Shown in pieces: positions 1 to 9,873 of a stretch of DNA of 64,000 bases (the stretch's first letter is position 1; every line of letters begins with the position of its first letter). The stretch is from an uncultured Oscillospiraceae bacterium (GTDB taxonomy: Bacteria > Bacillota > Clostridia > UBA1212 > UBA1255). The notes under the pieces were generated by a model. It was not told where the DNA came from. It searched no databases and was given only the letters and a program-made list of their open reading frames with translations. Made by a program: the position numbers and the translations under genes. The DNA is taken from positions 28,404 through 92,403 of the forward strand of contig CABROF010000002.1 in the NCBI GenBank assembly GCA_902472555.1. The letters are read 5' to 3'.

Positions 1-308
1 TACTCGATCAGGTCCATCACCTGCTGATCCGGGATATAATCGTGGAGCCATCCGCCGAATTCCGTCGTAAAATTAAACTTGCCGTCGGAAAACGCCCCTG
101 CACCTCCGAATCCGTTCATGATGCAGCAATGCCTGCAGTTAATACAATTTTTTACTTGATTGGCCACAATGGGGCAGACACGCTTTTCCAGCGGGTTCCC
201 CTGCTCCAAAATTGCCACCTTCAGTTCTGGCCGCAGCACACTCAATTCATATGCCGCAAAAATCCCGGCAGTCCCGGCGCCGATTACAATGACATCATAA
301 TGCTTCAT
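1..308 (-). CDS. FAD-dependent oxidoreductase, N-terminal part; C-terminus runs off the window start
   Basis: Reverse-complement translation from the ATG at 308 gives MKHYDVIVIGAGTAGIFAAYEL..., a dinucleotide-binding GxGxxG fold. The listed + ORF 42..326 is the wrong strand. Confidence 0.6.
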   Translation of the reverse strand, partial: MKHYDVIVIGAGTAGIFAAYELSVLRPELKVAILEQGNPLEKRVCPIVANQVKNCINCRHCCIMNGFGGAGAFSDGKFNFTTEFGGWLHDYIPDQQVMDLIE

Positions 309-314
309 CTCAAA

Positions 315-1586
315 TCATTCCTTTAGGTAAAATGCGACCCGTTCCCGGAGATCGGGATATGCCTGTTTCATTTTTTCGGAGAACATGGCGTTTTGAATAT
401 CCCCCGTGGCCATCTTCTCATGCGCGATTAGTGCCATTGTCGCCTCATACAGATTTTTGAATTCCGGATTCCGCTGTGCTTCACAGATAAAAGACTGCCG
501 CGGAGAGTTGATATCTTCTCCGCTGATCTGAAACAGACCGTTTTCATCACAAAGACGGCGGACACGGCGCAGCTGTTCTATGGTATTTCTTGACGGCATA
601 TATGTAACCGCATTGAACTGAAGAGCCTTTAATACGGAGAAAAGCTCGTCTATATAGTCATCTTCAAATTTCTGCGCCTTTTTATCGCCGGTGACGGAAT
701 TTCCCACGTCTCCTAAATATGCATATGCAGAAATCGCGCCGATCTCCCGGGCAAGACCAATGACATCCCTTACATCGGGACACTCATCGGCAGCATCAAT
801 ATAGAACTTTTCAACCAAATTACTTTTCAGCGCGCCCAAAAGATCATATTCATATACTTCATTATTTTCATCCGACAGGTACCCTCTGATCTTCTCGCTG
901 ACCGAAATCTTCATATCGTCCAGCAGAAAAGCTACCACCTGAGGCCCCTTGCCCAAACGCTCTACAATTTTCTTAGAAAGTGCGTACAGCAGATGCCGCT
1001 CTGTAATACTGCCGCCTTCATGACACATTGAGAGCGGTACCACATCCCGGTCAAAATCCATAGAAATCCCATAGGCTTCCGTTAATTGATTGATGCGGGC
1101 GACCATGGCGCGATTTCTGGCATTTCTTTTTTCAGAGTACGGCTTAAAGAAGGCAATGACACGCTCAATATTCTGATGGGGAACCCCGTGCAGCGCCATA
1201 TATGCAATGCCGGTCTGATCCGGATTATTGATTCTCCTGTCCTTCAGAACGGTGCAGGACATGCGCGCGCGGCATTCCGTACCGATGGTAGTCATCATAT
1301 TTAAAATTTCACCGGCTTCAATAAACTCCCGGGCGCCGCTCAAAGAATCATGGTCCATAATCCCCGCGGTCTTCAAGCCTGCCTGGTAAGCCATCCAGAC
1401 TGCCTTTGTCGGTGAATAGGGAGAAAAGGAATATGTAGTATGAATATGGTTATTCACATCGTTTCCCTGTTTTGCCGGAGGAAGCAGCCCCGTATCAATC
1501 ATTTTTTTCAGCTGTCTCAGTGCTTCGAGGCGAACCGCCCTCTCTTCATGGTTCAATTCTGCGATATACGTCTGTACATCCTTCAT
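315..1586 (-). CDS. PHP domain-containing protein (histidinol-phosphatase/polymerase-type metal phosphoesterase)
   Basis: NNHIHTTYSFSPYS PHP motif. Start moved to the second ATG (MKDVQTY at 1586) because AGGAGG abuts the first ATG. Confidence 0.6.
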   Translation of the reverse strand: MKDVQTYIAELNHEERAVRLEALRQLKKMIDTGLLPPAKQGNDVNNHIHTTYSFSPYSPTKAVWMAYQAGLKTAGIMDHDSLSGAREFIEAGEILNMMTTIGTECRARMSCTVLKDRRINNPDQTGIAYMALHGVPHQNIERVIAFFKPYSEKRNARNRAMVARINQLTEAYGISMDFDRDVVPLSMCHEGGSITERHLLYALSKKIVERLGKGPQVVAFLLDDMKISVSEKIRGYLSDENNEVYEYDLLGALKSNLVEKFYIDAADECPDVRDVIGLAREIGAISAYAYLGDVGNSVTGDKKAQKFEDDYIDELFSVLKALQFNAVTYMPSRNTIEQLRRVRRLCDENGLFQISGEDINSPRQSFICEAQRNPEFKNLYEATMALIAHEKMATGDIQNAMFSEKMKQAYPDLRERVAFYLKE

Positions 1587-1624
1587 TTCAATCCTCATCC
1601 TCCTGATTATATTTATAATACGCT

Positions 1625-3805
1625 TTACAGCAGCGTCAGCTGTTGCACCGGTTTATCCGCATTTTTCATAAAGCTGCCTGCCACCGGAATCGTTTTGGTT
1701 CTGTATACGGCAGGGTCGGCAAAACCTGCCTCCGCTACCTTTTTCATATATTTCAGCTTACAGCCCTTTTTGCATTTCAATACCTGTACGCCCTGGGAGC
1801 TTTTCGTCGTTTTGGTGGGAATCTGATCCGTGGCTACCACCAGAATTCTGTCATTGGTGCTGCTGACGGCCAGTTCTGTCTCGCCGTTGATATACAAAAC
1901 ATCCACCAGCGGCGATATGTCGGAATAGGCGCTGACCAATTTCTTCCGGTTTGTTTTTGTCGCGTAAGACTGCAGCGGGATACGGGCAATCTTGCCGTTT
2001 TCAAAGGCAAACAGCAAATGGCCCGCATAATTGTCTGTTACTACAAAATACACGATCCGTTCCTCCGGATCCAAGCCAAGCAGATTCGGCAGATAATCGC
2101 CTAAACTGCTGGCCTTGCACTCATTGAGCTCATACAGCCGCATTTTATATACAACGGATTTGCTGGAGATAAATAAAATCTCGGACTTATTATGCCAGTC
2201 CGCCTCCTGCGCGATGCGGTCGCCGTCCTTGAGCTTCTGTTCCGGAGAGCTGCGCAGAGAGGTCAGGGGAATCTTTTTAAAATAGCATTCTTTTGTTAAA
2301 TAAACTTTGAGATTGTAGTCGTCGATCATCTCATCCTGGGTAACCACCACCACCTCATCCTCGTGGATAATATCCGTCTTCCGCGGCTGACCGTACTTCT
2401 TTTCCACCGCATGTAGCTGACTTTTGATCAGCTCCCGGATACGGGCTTCTTTCCCCAGCATATCCTGCAGATCCGCAATCTCCTCTTTCAGCTTTCCAAT
2501 TTCGCCGACCTTATTCAGAATATATTCTTTATTCAGATTGCGCAGTTTGATTTCCGCCACAAAATTTGCCTGAACTTCGTCAATGCCAAAGCCCCACATC
2601 AGGTTCGGGATCACCAGCTCATCCCGCTCCGTTTCCCGGATGATCCGGATGGCTTTGTCAATATCAAGCAGTATTTTCTCCAGACCCTGCAGTAAATGCA
2701 GCCGCTCCTGCTTGGCCCTGATATCATACGCCAGCTGCCGGCGGATACAGGAAATGCGGAAAGAAAGCCACTCCCGCATAAGCCCTCTGACGCCTAATAC
2801 GACAGGACGGCCTTTGATCAGCACATTGAAATTGCAGGCAAAGCCTTCCTGCAGCGGAGTAAACTGAAACAGTTTATTCATCAGTGCATCCGCATCAATA
2901 TTTTTTTTGACGTCAATGGTAATCTTAAGTCCCTTCAGATCCGTTTCGTCCCGGACATCTACGATATCCTTTACCTTCCCCGCCTTTACCAGCTTCACGA
3001 TATCATCCATAATTGCTTCCGACGTGGTGGTATACGGAATTTCATATACTTCAATACAGTTATTCTTTTTATCATACCGGTATTTAGAACGGATCCTGAC
3101 GCTGCCCCGCCCGTTTTCCATAATATTCGTCATCACCTGACGGGTATATATGACAATTCCGCCGGTGGAAAAGTCCGGTGCCTGAATATACTCCAGCAGA
3201 TTTACCTCAGGGTCGTCAATATAAGCACAGGCCGCGCGGCACACCTCACTCAGATTAAAGCTGCAGATATTGGTGGCCATCCCCACCGCTACGCCCTGGT
3301 TGGAATTCACCAGGATTGTAGGAAAAGTCACGGGAAAAAGTGTCGGCTCCTTCATTGTGCCGTCGTAATTGTCTACAAAATCCACAGTGTCCTTATCCAG
3401 ATCGCGGAACAGCTCCTCGCTGATCTTTTCAAGCTTTACCTCCGTATATCTCGGTGCGGCGGACTGCATATCCCGCGAATACTGCTTTCCGAAGCTTCCT
3501 TTAGAATCCACATACGGATGCAGCAGGGCCTGATTTCCCCGGGTCATACGCACCATCGTCTCGTATATCGCCTGATCACCGTGAGGATTTAATTTCATCG
3601 TTTCTCCCACGACATTGGCAGATTTCGTCCGCGGGCCTGTGAGCAGCCCTTTTTTGTACATCGTATACAGCAGCTTTCTGTGGGACGGCTTAAAGCCGTC
3701 AATTTCCGGAATGGCTCTGGAAATAATCACGCTCATTGCATACGGCATATAATTTTCTTCCAGCGTTTCCGTGATATTCTGCTCTCTGAACAGCTGCTTA
3801 TCCAT
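1625..3805 (-). CDS. parC: Type IIA DNA topoisomerase subunit A (ParC/GyrA family; short 726 aa form, ParC-like)
   Basis: Breakage-reunion domain motifs (AMSVIISRAIPEIDGFKPSHRKLLY, active-site region) and only partial C-terminal repeats. Sits immediately downstream of the B subunit. Confidence 0.8.
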   Translation of the reverse strand: MDKQLFREQNITETLEENYMPYAMSVIISRAIPEIDGFKPSHRKLLYTMYKKGLLTGPRTKSANVVGETMKLNPHGDQAIYETMVRMTRGNQALLHPYVDSKGSFGKQYSRDMQSAAPRYTEVKLEKISEELFRDLDKDTVDFVDNYDGTMKEPTLFPVTFPTILVNSNQGVAVGMATNICSFNLSEVCRAACAYIDDPEVNLLEYIQAPDFSTGGIVIYTRQVMTNIMENGRGSVRIRSKYRYDKKNNCIEVYEIPYTTTSEAIMDDIVKLVKAGKVKDIVDVRDETDLKGLKITIDVKKNIDADALMNKLFQFTPLQEGFACNFNVLIKGRPVVLGVRGLMREWLSFRISCIRRQLAYDIRAKQERLHLLQGLEKILLDIDKAIRIIRETERDELVIPNLMWGFGIDEVQANFVAEIKLRNLNKEYILNKVGEIGKLKEEIADLQDMLGKEARIRELIKSQLHAVEKKYGQPRKTDIIHEDEVVVVTQDEMIDDYNLKVYLTKECYFKKIPLTSLRSSPEQKLKDGDRIAQEADWHNKSEILFISSKSVVYKMRLYELNECKASSLGDYLPNLLGLDPEERIVYFVVTDNYAGHLLFAFENGKIARIPLQSYATKTNRKKLVSAYSDISPLVDVLYINGETELAVSSTNDRILVVATDQIPTKTTKSSQGVQVLKCKKGCKLKYMKKVAEAGFADPAVYRTKTIPVAGSFMKNADKPVQQLTLL

Positions 3806-3843
3806 AGTTCCTCCCTTTTATAATCAGCGACCACATCCTGCAG

Positions 3844-5811
3844 TCACATAATATCAAGCTCGTCCAAATATAAATGTCCTTTTTCCGCAATCTGTCTTTT
3901 TCGCTCATCCAATGCGTCGCCCAGCAGCATTTCAAAATAATAGGCAGTCCGCTCCGCCTCCTCGGGCATCACCTTGATCAGCCGTCTTGTTTCGGGGTTC
4001 ATCGTTGTTTCCCACATCATCTGCGGCTCATTCTCACCTAAACCTTTTGAACGCTGAATCGTATATTTACCGGTCAGCCCGGAAAGAACCTGGGCCTTTT
4101 CTTTTTCATCATAAGCAAAATACGTTTTATTCTTACAGGTAATTTCAAAAAGCGGGGTTTCGGCAATATAGACCTTCCCTTCCCGGATCAGCGTGGGAAT
4201 CAGCCTGTAAATCATGGCTAATATCAGCGTCCGGATCTGAAAGCCGTCCACATCCGCATCCGTACAGATAATAATCTTATTCCAGCGAAGCCCGTTGAGA
4301 TCAAACATGGTCAGGTCCTTTGTATGTTTGGATTTTACCTCCACGCCGCAGCCTAAAACCTTCAGCAGGTTTACGATGATTTCGCTCTCAAAGATTTTGT
4401 TGTAATCCGATTTCAGGCAATTTAATATCTTTCCGCGCACAGGCATAATGGCCTGAAAATCGCTGTCTCTTCCCAATTTAACCGATCCTAAAGCAGAATC
4501 ACCCTCCACAATATAGAGCTCTCTCCGATTCACATCCCGTGTACGGCAGTCTACAAACTTTTTGACCCGGTTGGAAATGTCGATGTTTCCGGAAAGCTTT
4601 TTTTTAATATTGATCCGCTGTTTTTCCGCAGATTCACGGCTGCGCTTATTTACAAGCACCTGCTCCATGATCCGGTCGGCTTCCAGCTTATTTTCTATAA
4701 AATAGACCTCCAGCTTTTCCTTAATAAACTCTGTCATGGCCTCTTGAATAAATTTATTATTAATAGCCTTTTTGGTCTGATTCTCATAGCTGGTCATGGT
4801 GGAAAAGGAGTTTGTCACCAGAATCAGGCTGTCCTGAACATCCACAAAGGTAATCTTTGCTTCCTCTTTATTATACTTTCCCTGGGCCTTGATATATTTG
4901 TCGATTTCACTCACAAATGCGCTCCGCACGGCCTTATCCGGAGAACCGCCGTTTTCAAGATAGCTGGAATTATGATAATATTCAATCAAATTCGTCTGAT
5001 TATTAAAGCAGAACGCAATTTGCATCTTGACCTTATACTCGGGCTTATCCGCCCGATCCCTTCCCTTTGTCGCAGTTTCATAATACTGGACGCCGGTAAT
5101 GCCCTTTTCTTCGTCGATCTCGCGGACATAATCGGTAATACCATTTTCATACAAAAACGTAAAGCGCTGATCGGAAGCCTCGTCATATAACTGAAACCGC
5201 AGTCCCGCATTGACGACAGCCTGCTTTTTCAAGACTGTTGTAAAAAACTCCAACGGGATATTGATATCCGTAAAAACCTCCAGGTCCGGTTTCCAGCGCT
5301 GCTGTGTGCCGGACTGCTTATATTGGCAGGGTTCCTTCTTCAATCCCCCGATATTATAGCCTTTTTCAAAATGAAGATCATACCGGTAGCCGTCCTTGAA
5401 CACGGTTACGTCCATATATTCCGAGCTGTACTGCGTAGCACAGCTGCCCAAACCGTTCAAGCCGAGGCTGTATTCATAATTTTCACCCGTGTTATTCTGA
5501 TATTTGCCGCCGGCATACAGCTCACAGTATACGAGCTCCCAGTTGAAGCGCTGTTCCTTTTCATTAAAATCTACGGGACAGCCCCGCCCGTAATCACGAA
5601 TCATGATAGACTGATCTTTATAGCGTGTAACCTCGATGACCTTACCGTAGCCTTCCCTGGCTTCGTCGATTGAATTGGCCAGTATCTCGATAAAGGTATG
5701 CTCACAGCCTTCTAATCCGTCCGAACCGAGAATGGCAGCAGGACGGAGCCTGACGCGGTCAGGCCCCTTCAATGCGGAAATACTCTCGTTATTATATCCT
5801 TTTGTTGCCAT
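3844..5811 (-). CDS. parE: Type IIA DNA topoisomerase subunit B (ParE/GyrB family)
   Basis: GHKL ATPase, TOPRIM and EGDSAGG motifs. Start set at MATKGYNN (ATG 5811) with a GGAAAG RBS. Confidence 0.8.
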   Translation of the reverse strand: MATKGYNNESISALKGPDRVRLRPAAILGSDGLEGCEHTFIEILANSIDEAREGYGKVIEVTRYKDQSIMIRDYGRGCPVDFNEKEQRFNWELVYCELYAGGKYQNNTGENYEYSLGLNGLGSCATQYSSEYMDVTVFKDGYRYDLHFEKGYNIGGLKKEPCQYKQSGTQQRWKPDLEVFTDINIPLEFFTTVLKKQAVVNAGLRFQLYDEASDQRFTFLYENGITDYVREIDEEKGITGVQYYETATKGRDRADKPEYKVKMQIAFCFNNQTNLIEYYHNSSYLENGGSPDKAVRSAFVSEIDKYIKAQGKYNKEEAKITFVDVQDSLILVTNSFSTMTSYENQTKKAINNKFIQEAMTEFIKEKLEVYFIENKLEADRIMEQVLVNKRSRESAEKQRINIKKKLSGNIDISNRVKKFVDCRTRDVNRRELYIVEGDSALGSVKLGRDSDFQAIMPVRGKILNCLKSDYNKIFESEIIVNLLKVLGCGVEVKSKHTKDLTMFDLNGLRWNKIIICTDADVDGFQIRTLILAMIYRLIPTLIREGKVYIAETPLFEITCKNKTYFAYDEKEKAQVLSGLTGKYTIQRSKGLGENEPQMMWETTMNPETRRLIKVMPEEAERTAYYFEMLLGDALDERKRQIAEKGHLYLDELDIM

Positions 5812-5876
5812 ATAATCTTTCCTTTTCTTACGTAAAATCACAGCCGCGCAAGGCCCTGCGCGGCTGCACAAGCCGT

Positions 5877-7844
5877 TTAATTCAGCATGTTTTGTCCGCC
5901 TGTAACAGGCACTGCCTGGCCCGTCTCATAGGCCTGCTCTACAATGTAGAAAATCGCTCTTGCTACATCGATAATTTCACAGCCTCTGTTCATAGGCACC
6001 TTAGATTCATAGAATTTGCGTACATCCTCGATGCAGGTGGCGCCGGGCACCTTGCCTGCCTTAAAATATTGAACAAACAGGCCTTTCTCCGGATCAGACC
6101 ATAATGGACCGCTCAGAAGATTTCCCGGACAGATGGCGTTCACCTTGATATTATAAGGCACCAGCTCCAGCGCAAAGCTCTGGGTCAGGCCGATTCCGCC
6201 GAATTTACTGCCGGCATACGCAAAATTCTTATTGCTGCCGGACAGTCCGGATTTGGAATTAATCTGGATAATATCCATCATATAATCCGGCGCAAAGCGA
6301 TTCTGAATTTTCATAATGCGGGAAGCATATTTCGCACACAGATAATATGCGGTATAGTTGATCTTTGTAACCAGATCGAACTTCTGAACCGTCATTTCCT
6401 CAAGCCCGCCGGCAATGGCAATTCCCGCATTATTTACAAAAATATCAAGTCCGCCGTAAACAAGCACCGTATTGTAAACCATTTCCTTTACAAATTCTTC
6501 GCTGCCCACGTCGGCTTTGCAGGCAAACGTCCGGTTCTTTCCGTAGATCGCGTTCATATTGTCGCTGTTCTGCTTCGCCAGATCATAATTCAGATCCGCG
6601 ATCACGACATTCGCCCCCTGCTTCAGCATTTCATCTGCAATTCCCTGTCCGAAGCCCTGTGCACTGCCTGTCACGATTGCAACCTTTTCATGAAGTCTTT
6701 TCGCGCTGCCGCCGCCTAAGCTGACTTTGGAACGATAGGATTCAACCTCCCAATTGCAGATAAAATCAATCATCTCATCCGTCATAAACAGCGGTCCGCC
6801 GAAGGCCTCGGAATACACGCCGATCTTGCAGGCATCCAAAAACACCTCAGCACAAATATCCGCATTCTTTTTATTGGTCCCCCAGGCAAAAATCCCCAAT
6901 CCCTGCACGGCAACGATTTTCGGTGCAAAGCCATGGGCAACGCGGTAATCCTGGATTCCTTGTTCCAGCAGCGTATACTGCTGCTCCAGGTCCTCCGCAT
7001 GCTCCACGTAGAGCGGCCACGGCTTGCAGTAAACGATATGATCCGGGGAATATGCGGAAGATACAGGGTAAAAATGCTCTTTGCTTTCCACATATCGCAT
7101 AATTTCCCGGTTTGTCTCAAAGGTAACCACCGATGTCCCGCCGTCGCGCAGCAGCATTCTGATGGCCGGAGCTAAAAATACGGCACGTTCTTTGTCGAAT
7201 GCCGCATCAGAAAAATCAGGCTGCCGTCTTACACGGCTGTTGACTGCATCAAAAATATACGCTGTCTTTTCATCGATTTCGGCCTCGCTGTTCCCCCCGA
7301 TAAAAATACCGTGATTCTGCAGTAAAATGATATCCGCGTTTCTTCCTGTAGCATTCTTATATGCATCCATTTCTTTTTTCAGCGTCGCTGCCAGCACATA
7401 CCCGGGCTCCACCAATCCGATCCAAATCACGCGGTCGCCGAATAACTTTTCGGCAGCCGCCCGGCCACAGGTAAAGCCATTGAGCAATGCGGGATGGGTG
7501 TGTACAATATATGTATATGGAATCAAATGATGCAGCAGCGTCTCAACACTGGGCCGTTTGGACAGTTCTGTCTTCTCCCGGGCATCCATCATATCCTCCA
7601 GCACCTGCGCTTCCCGCTGGGCAGGATCTGCCGAATACGCTTTTTCAAACATCGCGTTCAGCTTCCCGCGATTCATCTTCACGAATCCATCCTCTGTGAT
7701 GTTGGCCAGGGTAGTTCCGGATCCTTTAATATAAAGAAAATCCGAATCCTTATAAGAGGTATTCCCGCCGCCGGCCAGCACAAAGTCCGGGTTTGCGCCG
7801 TAACGGTTGGAAATTGTTACAATCTGAGATAAAGACATGACCAA
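5877..7844 (-). CDS. Bifunctional rhamnulose-1-phosphate aldolase / short-chain dehydrogenase (YuxG/RhaEW-like)
   Basis: N-terminal class II aldolase/adducin domain plus a C-terminal SDR (VTGSAQGFGQGIA Rossmann, YAGSK catalytic motif). 655 aa. Confidence 0.75.
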   Translation of the reverse strand: MVMSLSQIVTISNRYGANPDFVLAGGGNTSYKDSDFLYIKGSGTTLANITEDGFVKMNRGKLNAMFEKAYSADPAQREAQVLEDMMDAREKTELSKRPSVETLLHHLIPYTYIVHTHPALLNGFTCGRAAAEKLFGDRVIWIGLVEPGYVLAATLKKEMDAYKNATGRNADIILLQNHGIFIGGNSEAEIDEKTAYIFDAVNSRVRRQPDFSDAAFDKERAVFLAPAIRMLLRDGGTSVVTFETNREIMRYVESKEHFYPVSSAYSPDHIVYCKPWPLYVEHAEDLEQQYTLLEQGIQDYRVAHGFAPKIVAVQGLGIFAWGTNKKNADICAEVFLDACKIGVYSEAFGGPLFMTDEMIDFICNWEVESYRSKVSLGGGSAKRLHEKVAIVTGSAQGFGQGIADEMLKQGANVVIADLNYDLAKQNSDNMNAIYGKNRTFACKADVGSEEFVKEMVYNTVLVYGGLDIFVNNAGIAIAGGLEEMTVQKFDLVTKINYTAYYLCAKYASRIMKIQNRFAPDYMMDIIQINSKSGLSGSNKNFAYAGSKFGGIGLTQSFALELVPYNIKVNAICPGNLLSGPLWSDPEKGLFVQYFKAGKVPGATCIEDVRKFYESKVPMNRGCEIIDVARAIFYIVEQAYETGQAVPVTGGQNMLN

Positions 7845-7904
7845 TTAGCCTCCCTAATAAAGTAATTACAACCGTATCATTCTATCCCCAACGCAGTCTG
7901 CTTG

Positions 7905-9065
7905 TCAAGTCCTGCGCCGGGCGATTTCCATTAATCCAAGGGTCGTTATACCTGCAATAAAAGGATGTCCGGGGTCCTCTTTAGCCAATCCCCGCATATC
8001 CTCGATCAGCAGCGCACGATCGGCGCTTTTCGGCATATCGATAAAATCACAGACAATTATGCCGCCCAAATTGCGCAGCCGCAGCTGCCGCATAATCTCC
8101 CTGGCGGCTTCCCGGTTAACCGTAATCGCGGTTTCCTCCGGACTTCTGGCAGAAGTGTACCTGCCGGAATTCACGTCAATGACCGTCATGGCCTCCGTAT
8201 GCTCGATTACAATATGTGCGCCTGACTTCAGCCAAACCTTCCGCATAAATAATTTTTCGATTTTACTGTCCAATGACTTTACCGCAAACAAATCCGCAGC
8301 GCCTTTTGCCGGCAGACAGGAAATCAGAGAGGCCGCCGCAGGCATATGCTGTCTGAGCTTTGCCGCATATATGCTGTCGTCTGTTATGATTCCCGTATAG
8401 GTAGATAAGGGATAGGCCTTAATCATTTTACAGGCAAAATCGTCGGAATAAAGCAGGCACGGAGCGGCGCTGCGCTGAACCTCGGCAAAATGATTCCGGA
8501 TTTCCCGCCATATCACATATTGCGCCATGGCATCATTTATAATTTCTGCTGCAGGGGCATCTGCGCTGTCTGTACGCAGTACGATGCCGTAGCAGGCGGA
8601 AGATGTGCCCTCCTTTTCTGCGATACATCGTAAAATGTCGTCTCCGATCAGCTGAAGCCGTTCCCGCTGCGGCGGCAGCCCGATTTTTTTTGAGATTCCG
8701 ATGCCGCTCTGCCCGGGCAGCAAAACGCAGTATGTCCCGGCTAATTCCGGGTTAAGCTTCAGACGGACGCCCTTTTCGTCCCGCTCATCACTGACGGCTT
8801 GGACAATCACCATACTTCCGGGACGCAGGTCTGCATCGCTGATAAAACCGTTTTTACGCAAACCAATGTCTGCAAACGCAGCGCGGTACGCCTTGCAGTT
8901 TTCTGTAATCCGGGCAGCGTAAATATTTCCCGCCAGCCCCTTCTGTTTTTGAAAAATACGGTATTCCGCCAGTTCTCCGTTTTCTGTCATGGCCATGGCC
9001 GTATTTCCTTTACAGCGAATAATCCATTCTCTGTTTTTTTGATGTCCTGCCTCTGCTGTTATCAT
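7905..9065 (-). CDS. rng: Ribonuclease E/G family protein (short form)
   Basis: S1-like N-terminus, HTEAMTVIDVNSG and NLGGIIVCDFIDM catalytic-domain signatures. Confidence 0.7.
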   Translation of the reverse strand: MITAEAGHQKNREWIIRCKGNTAMAMTENGELAEYRIFQKQKGLAGNIYAARITENCKAYRAAFADIGLRKNGFISDADLRPGSMVIVQAVSDERDEKGVRLKLNPELAGTYCVLLPGQSGIGISKKIGLPPQRERLQLIGDDILRCIAEKEGTSSACYGIVLRTDSADAPAAEIINDAMAQYVIWREIRNHFAEVQRSAAPCLLYSDDFACKMIKAYPLSTYTGIITDDSIYAAKLRQHMPAAASLISCLPAKGAADLFAVKSLDSKIEKLFMRKVWLKSGAHIVIEHTEAMTVIDVNSGRYTSARSPEETAITVNREAAREIMRQLRLRNLGGIIVCDFIDMPKSADRALLIEDMRGLAKEDPGHPFIAGITTLGLMEIARRRT

Positions 9066-9067
9066 TT

Positions 9068-9871
9068 TTAGCCTTCCGAGTTCTCCCGGGATTTATGTAT
9101 GGATGCATCTGTACGTCCGAATACGGCGGCTACGGTACGCAGCGCCGTTACGCAATCATGCCAGAGGCTGAAATGCAGGAGACCGTCCAGATTATATTTC
9201 ATTTTTTTCGGCAGAATTTCAGTGATATAGGTCTGTTCAACATTTTGTGATTGTGATAAAAGCCGCGCCTCGTTCCGGAACAGAATGCTGGCCTCCGATG
9301 TGATCCCTGCAGGAAGCAGAAGCGTCGCTTTCATTTGATTCGTATAGCACGCCACGTATTTTACGACCTCCGGCCTGGCACCTACAAAGCTCATTTCCCC
9401 TTTCAGGATATTGATTAGCTGCGGCAGCTCGTCCAGCCGCGTTCTCCGCAGCATCGCGCCGATCCGCGTCACCCGGGCATCATTTTGTACCGTTACCTGC
9501 GTTCCCTTCTGTTCCGCATCCGCAACCATTGTCCGGAATTTGAAAATACGAAATAGCTTTCCATATCTGGTAACCCGGACCTGCCGAAAGAAGACAGTGC
9601 CTCTCGAAGAACATTTTACCAGAATCCCGATCAGCGCCATAATAGGAAATAGTAAAATGAACAGCAGAAGCGCAAAAAGAAAATCCAGCAGACGCTTTGC
9701 CAGCAAGGCTCCCCGTTTTCGGGCCAGCACCTCATAATATGGCCGCACTTCGTCACATTGCATATTCTCCGGAAGCCGCTCCCATTTTTTTAATATCACT
9801 GATTGATTCATCCTTCCTATGCGAATTCGATGGCCTGTCAGCTCATTTCCGCAGCTTTCCCGCGGTATCAT
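9068..9871 (-). CDS. Bacterial sugar transferase (undecaprenyl-phosphate sugar phosphotransferase, PglC/WbaP C-terminal type)
   Basis: TM helix followed by VFFRQVRVTRYGKLFRIFKFRTM ... DELPQL ... FVGARPE motifs. Confidence 0.75.
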   Translation of the reverse strand: MIPRESCGNELTGHRIRIGRMNQSVILKKWERLPENMQCDEVRPYYEVLARKRGALLAKRLLDFLFALLLFILLFPIMALIGILVKCSSRGTVFFRQVRVTRYGKLFRIFKFRTMVADAEQKGTQVTVQNDARVTRIGAMLRRTRLDELPQLINILKGEMSFVGARPEVVKYVACYTNQMKATLLLPAGITSEASILFRNEARLLSQSQNVEQTYITEILPKKMKYNLDGLLHFSLWHDCVTALRTVAAVFGRTDASIHKSRENSEG

Positions 9872-9873
9872 TA

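Noticed and set aside
42-326. + strand ORF of 94 aa
   Set aside because: It has no recognisable fold. The opposite strand encodes a clean FAD-oxidoreductase N-terminus (MKHYDVIVIGAGTAG), so the + ORF is an antisense artefact.
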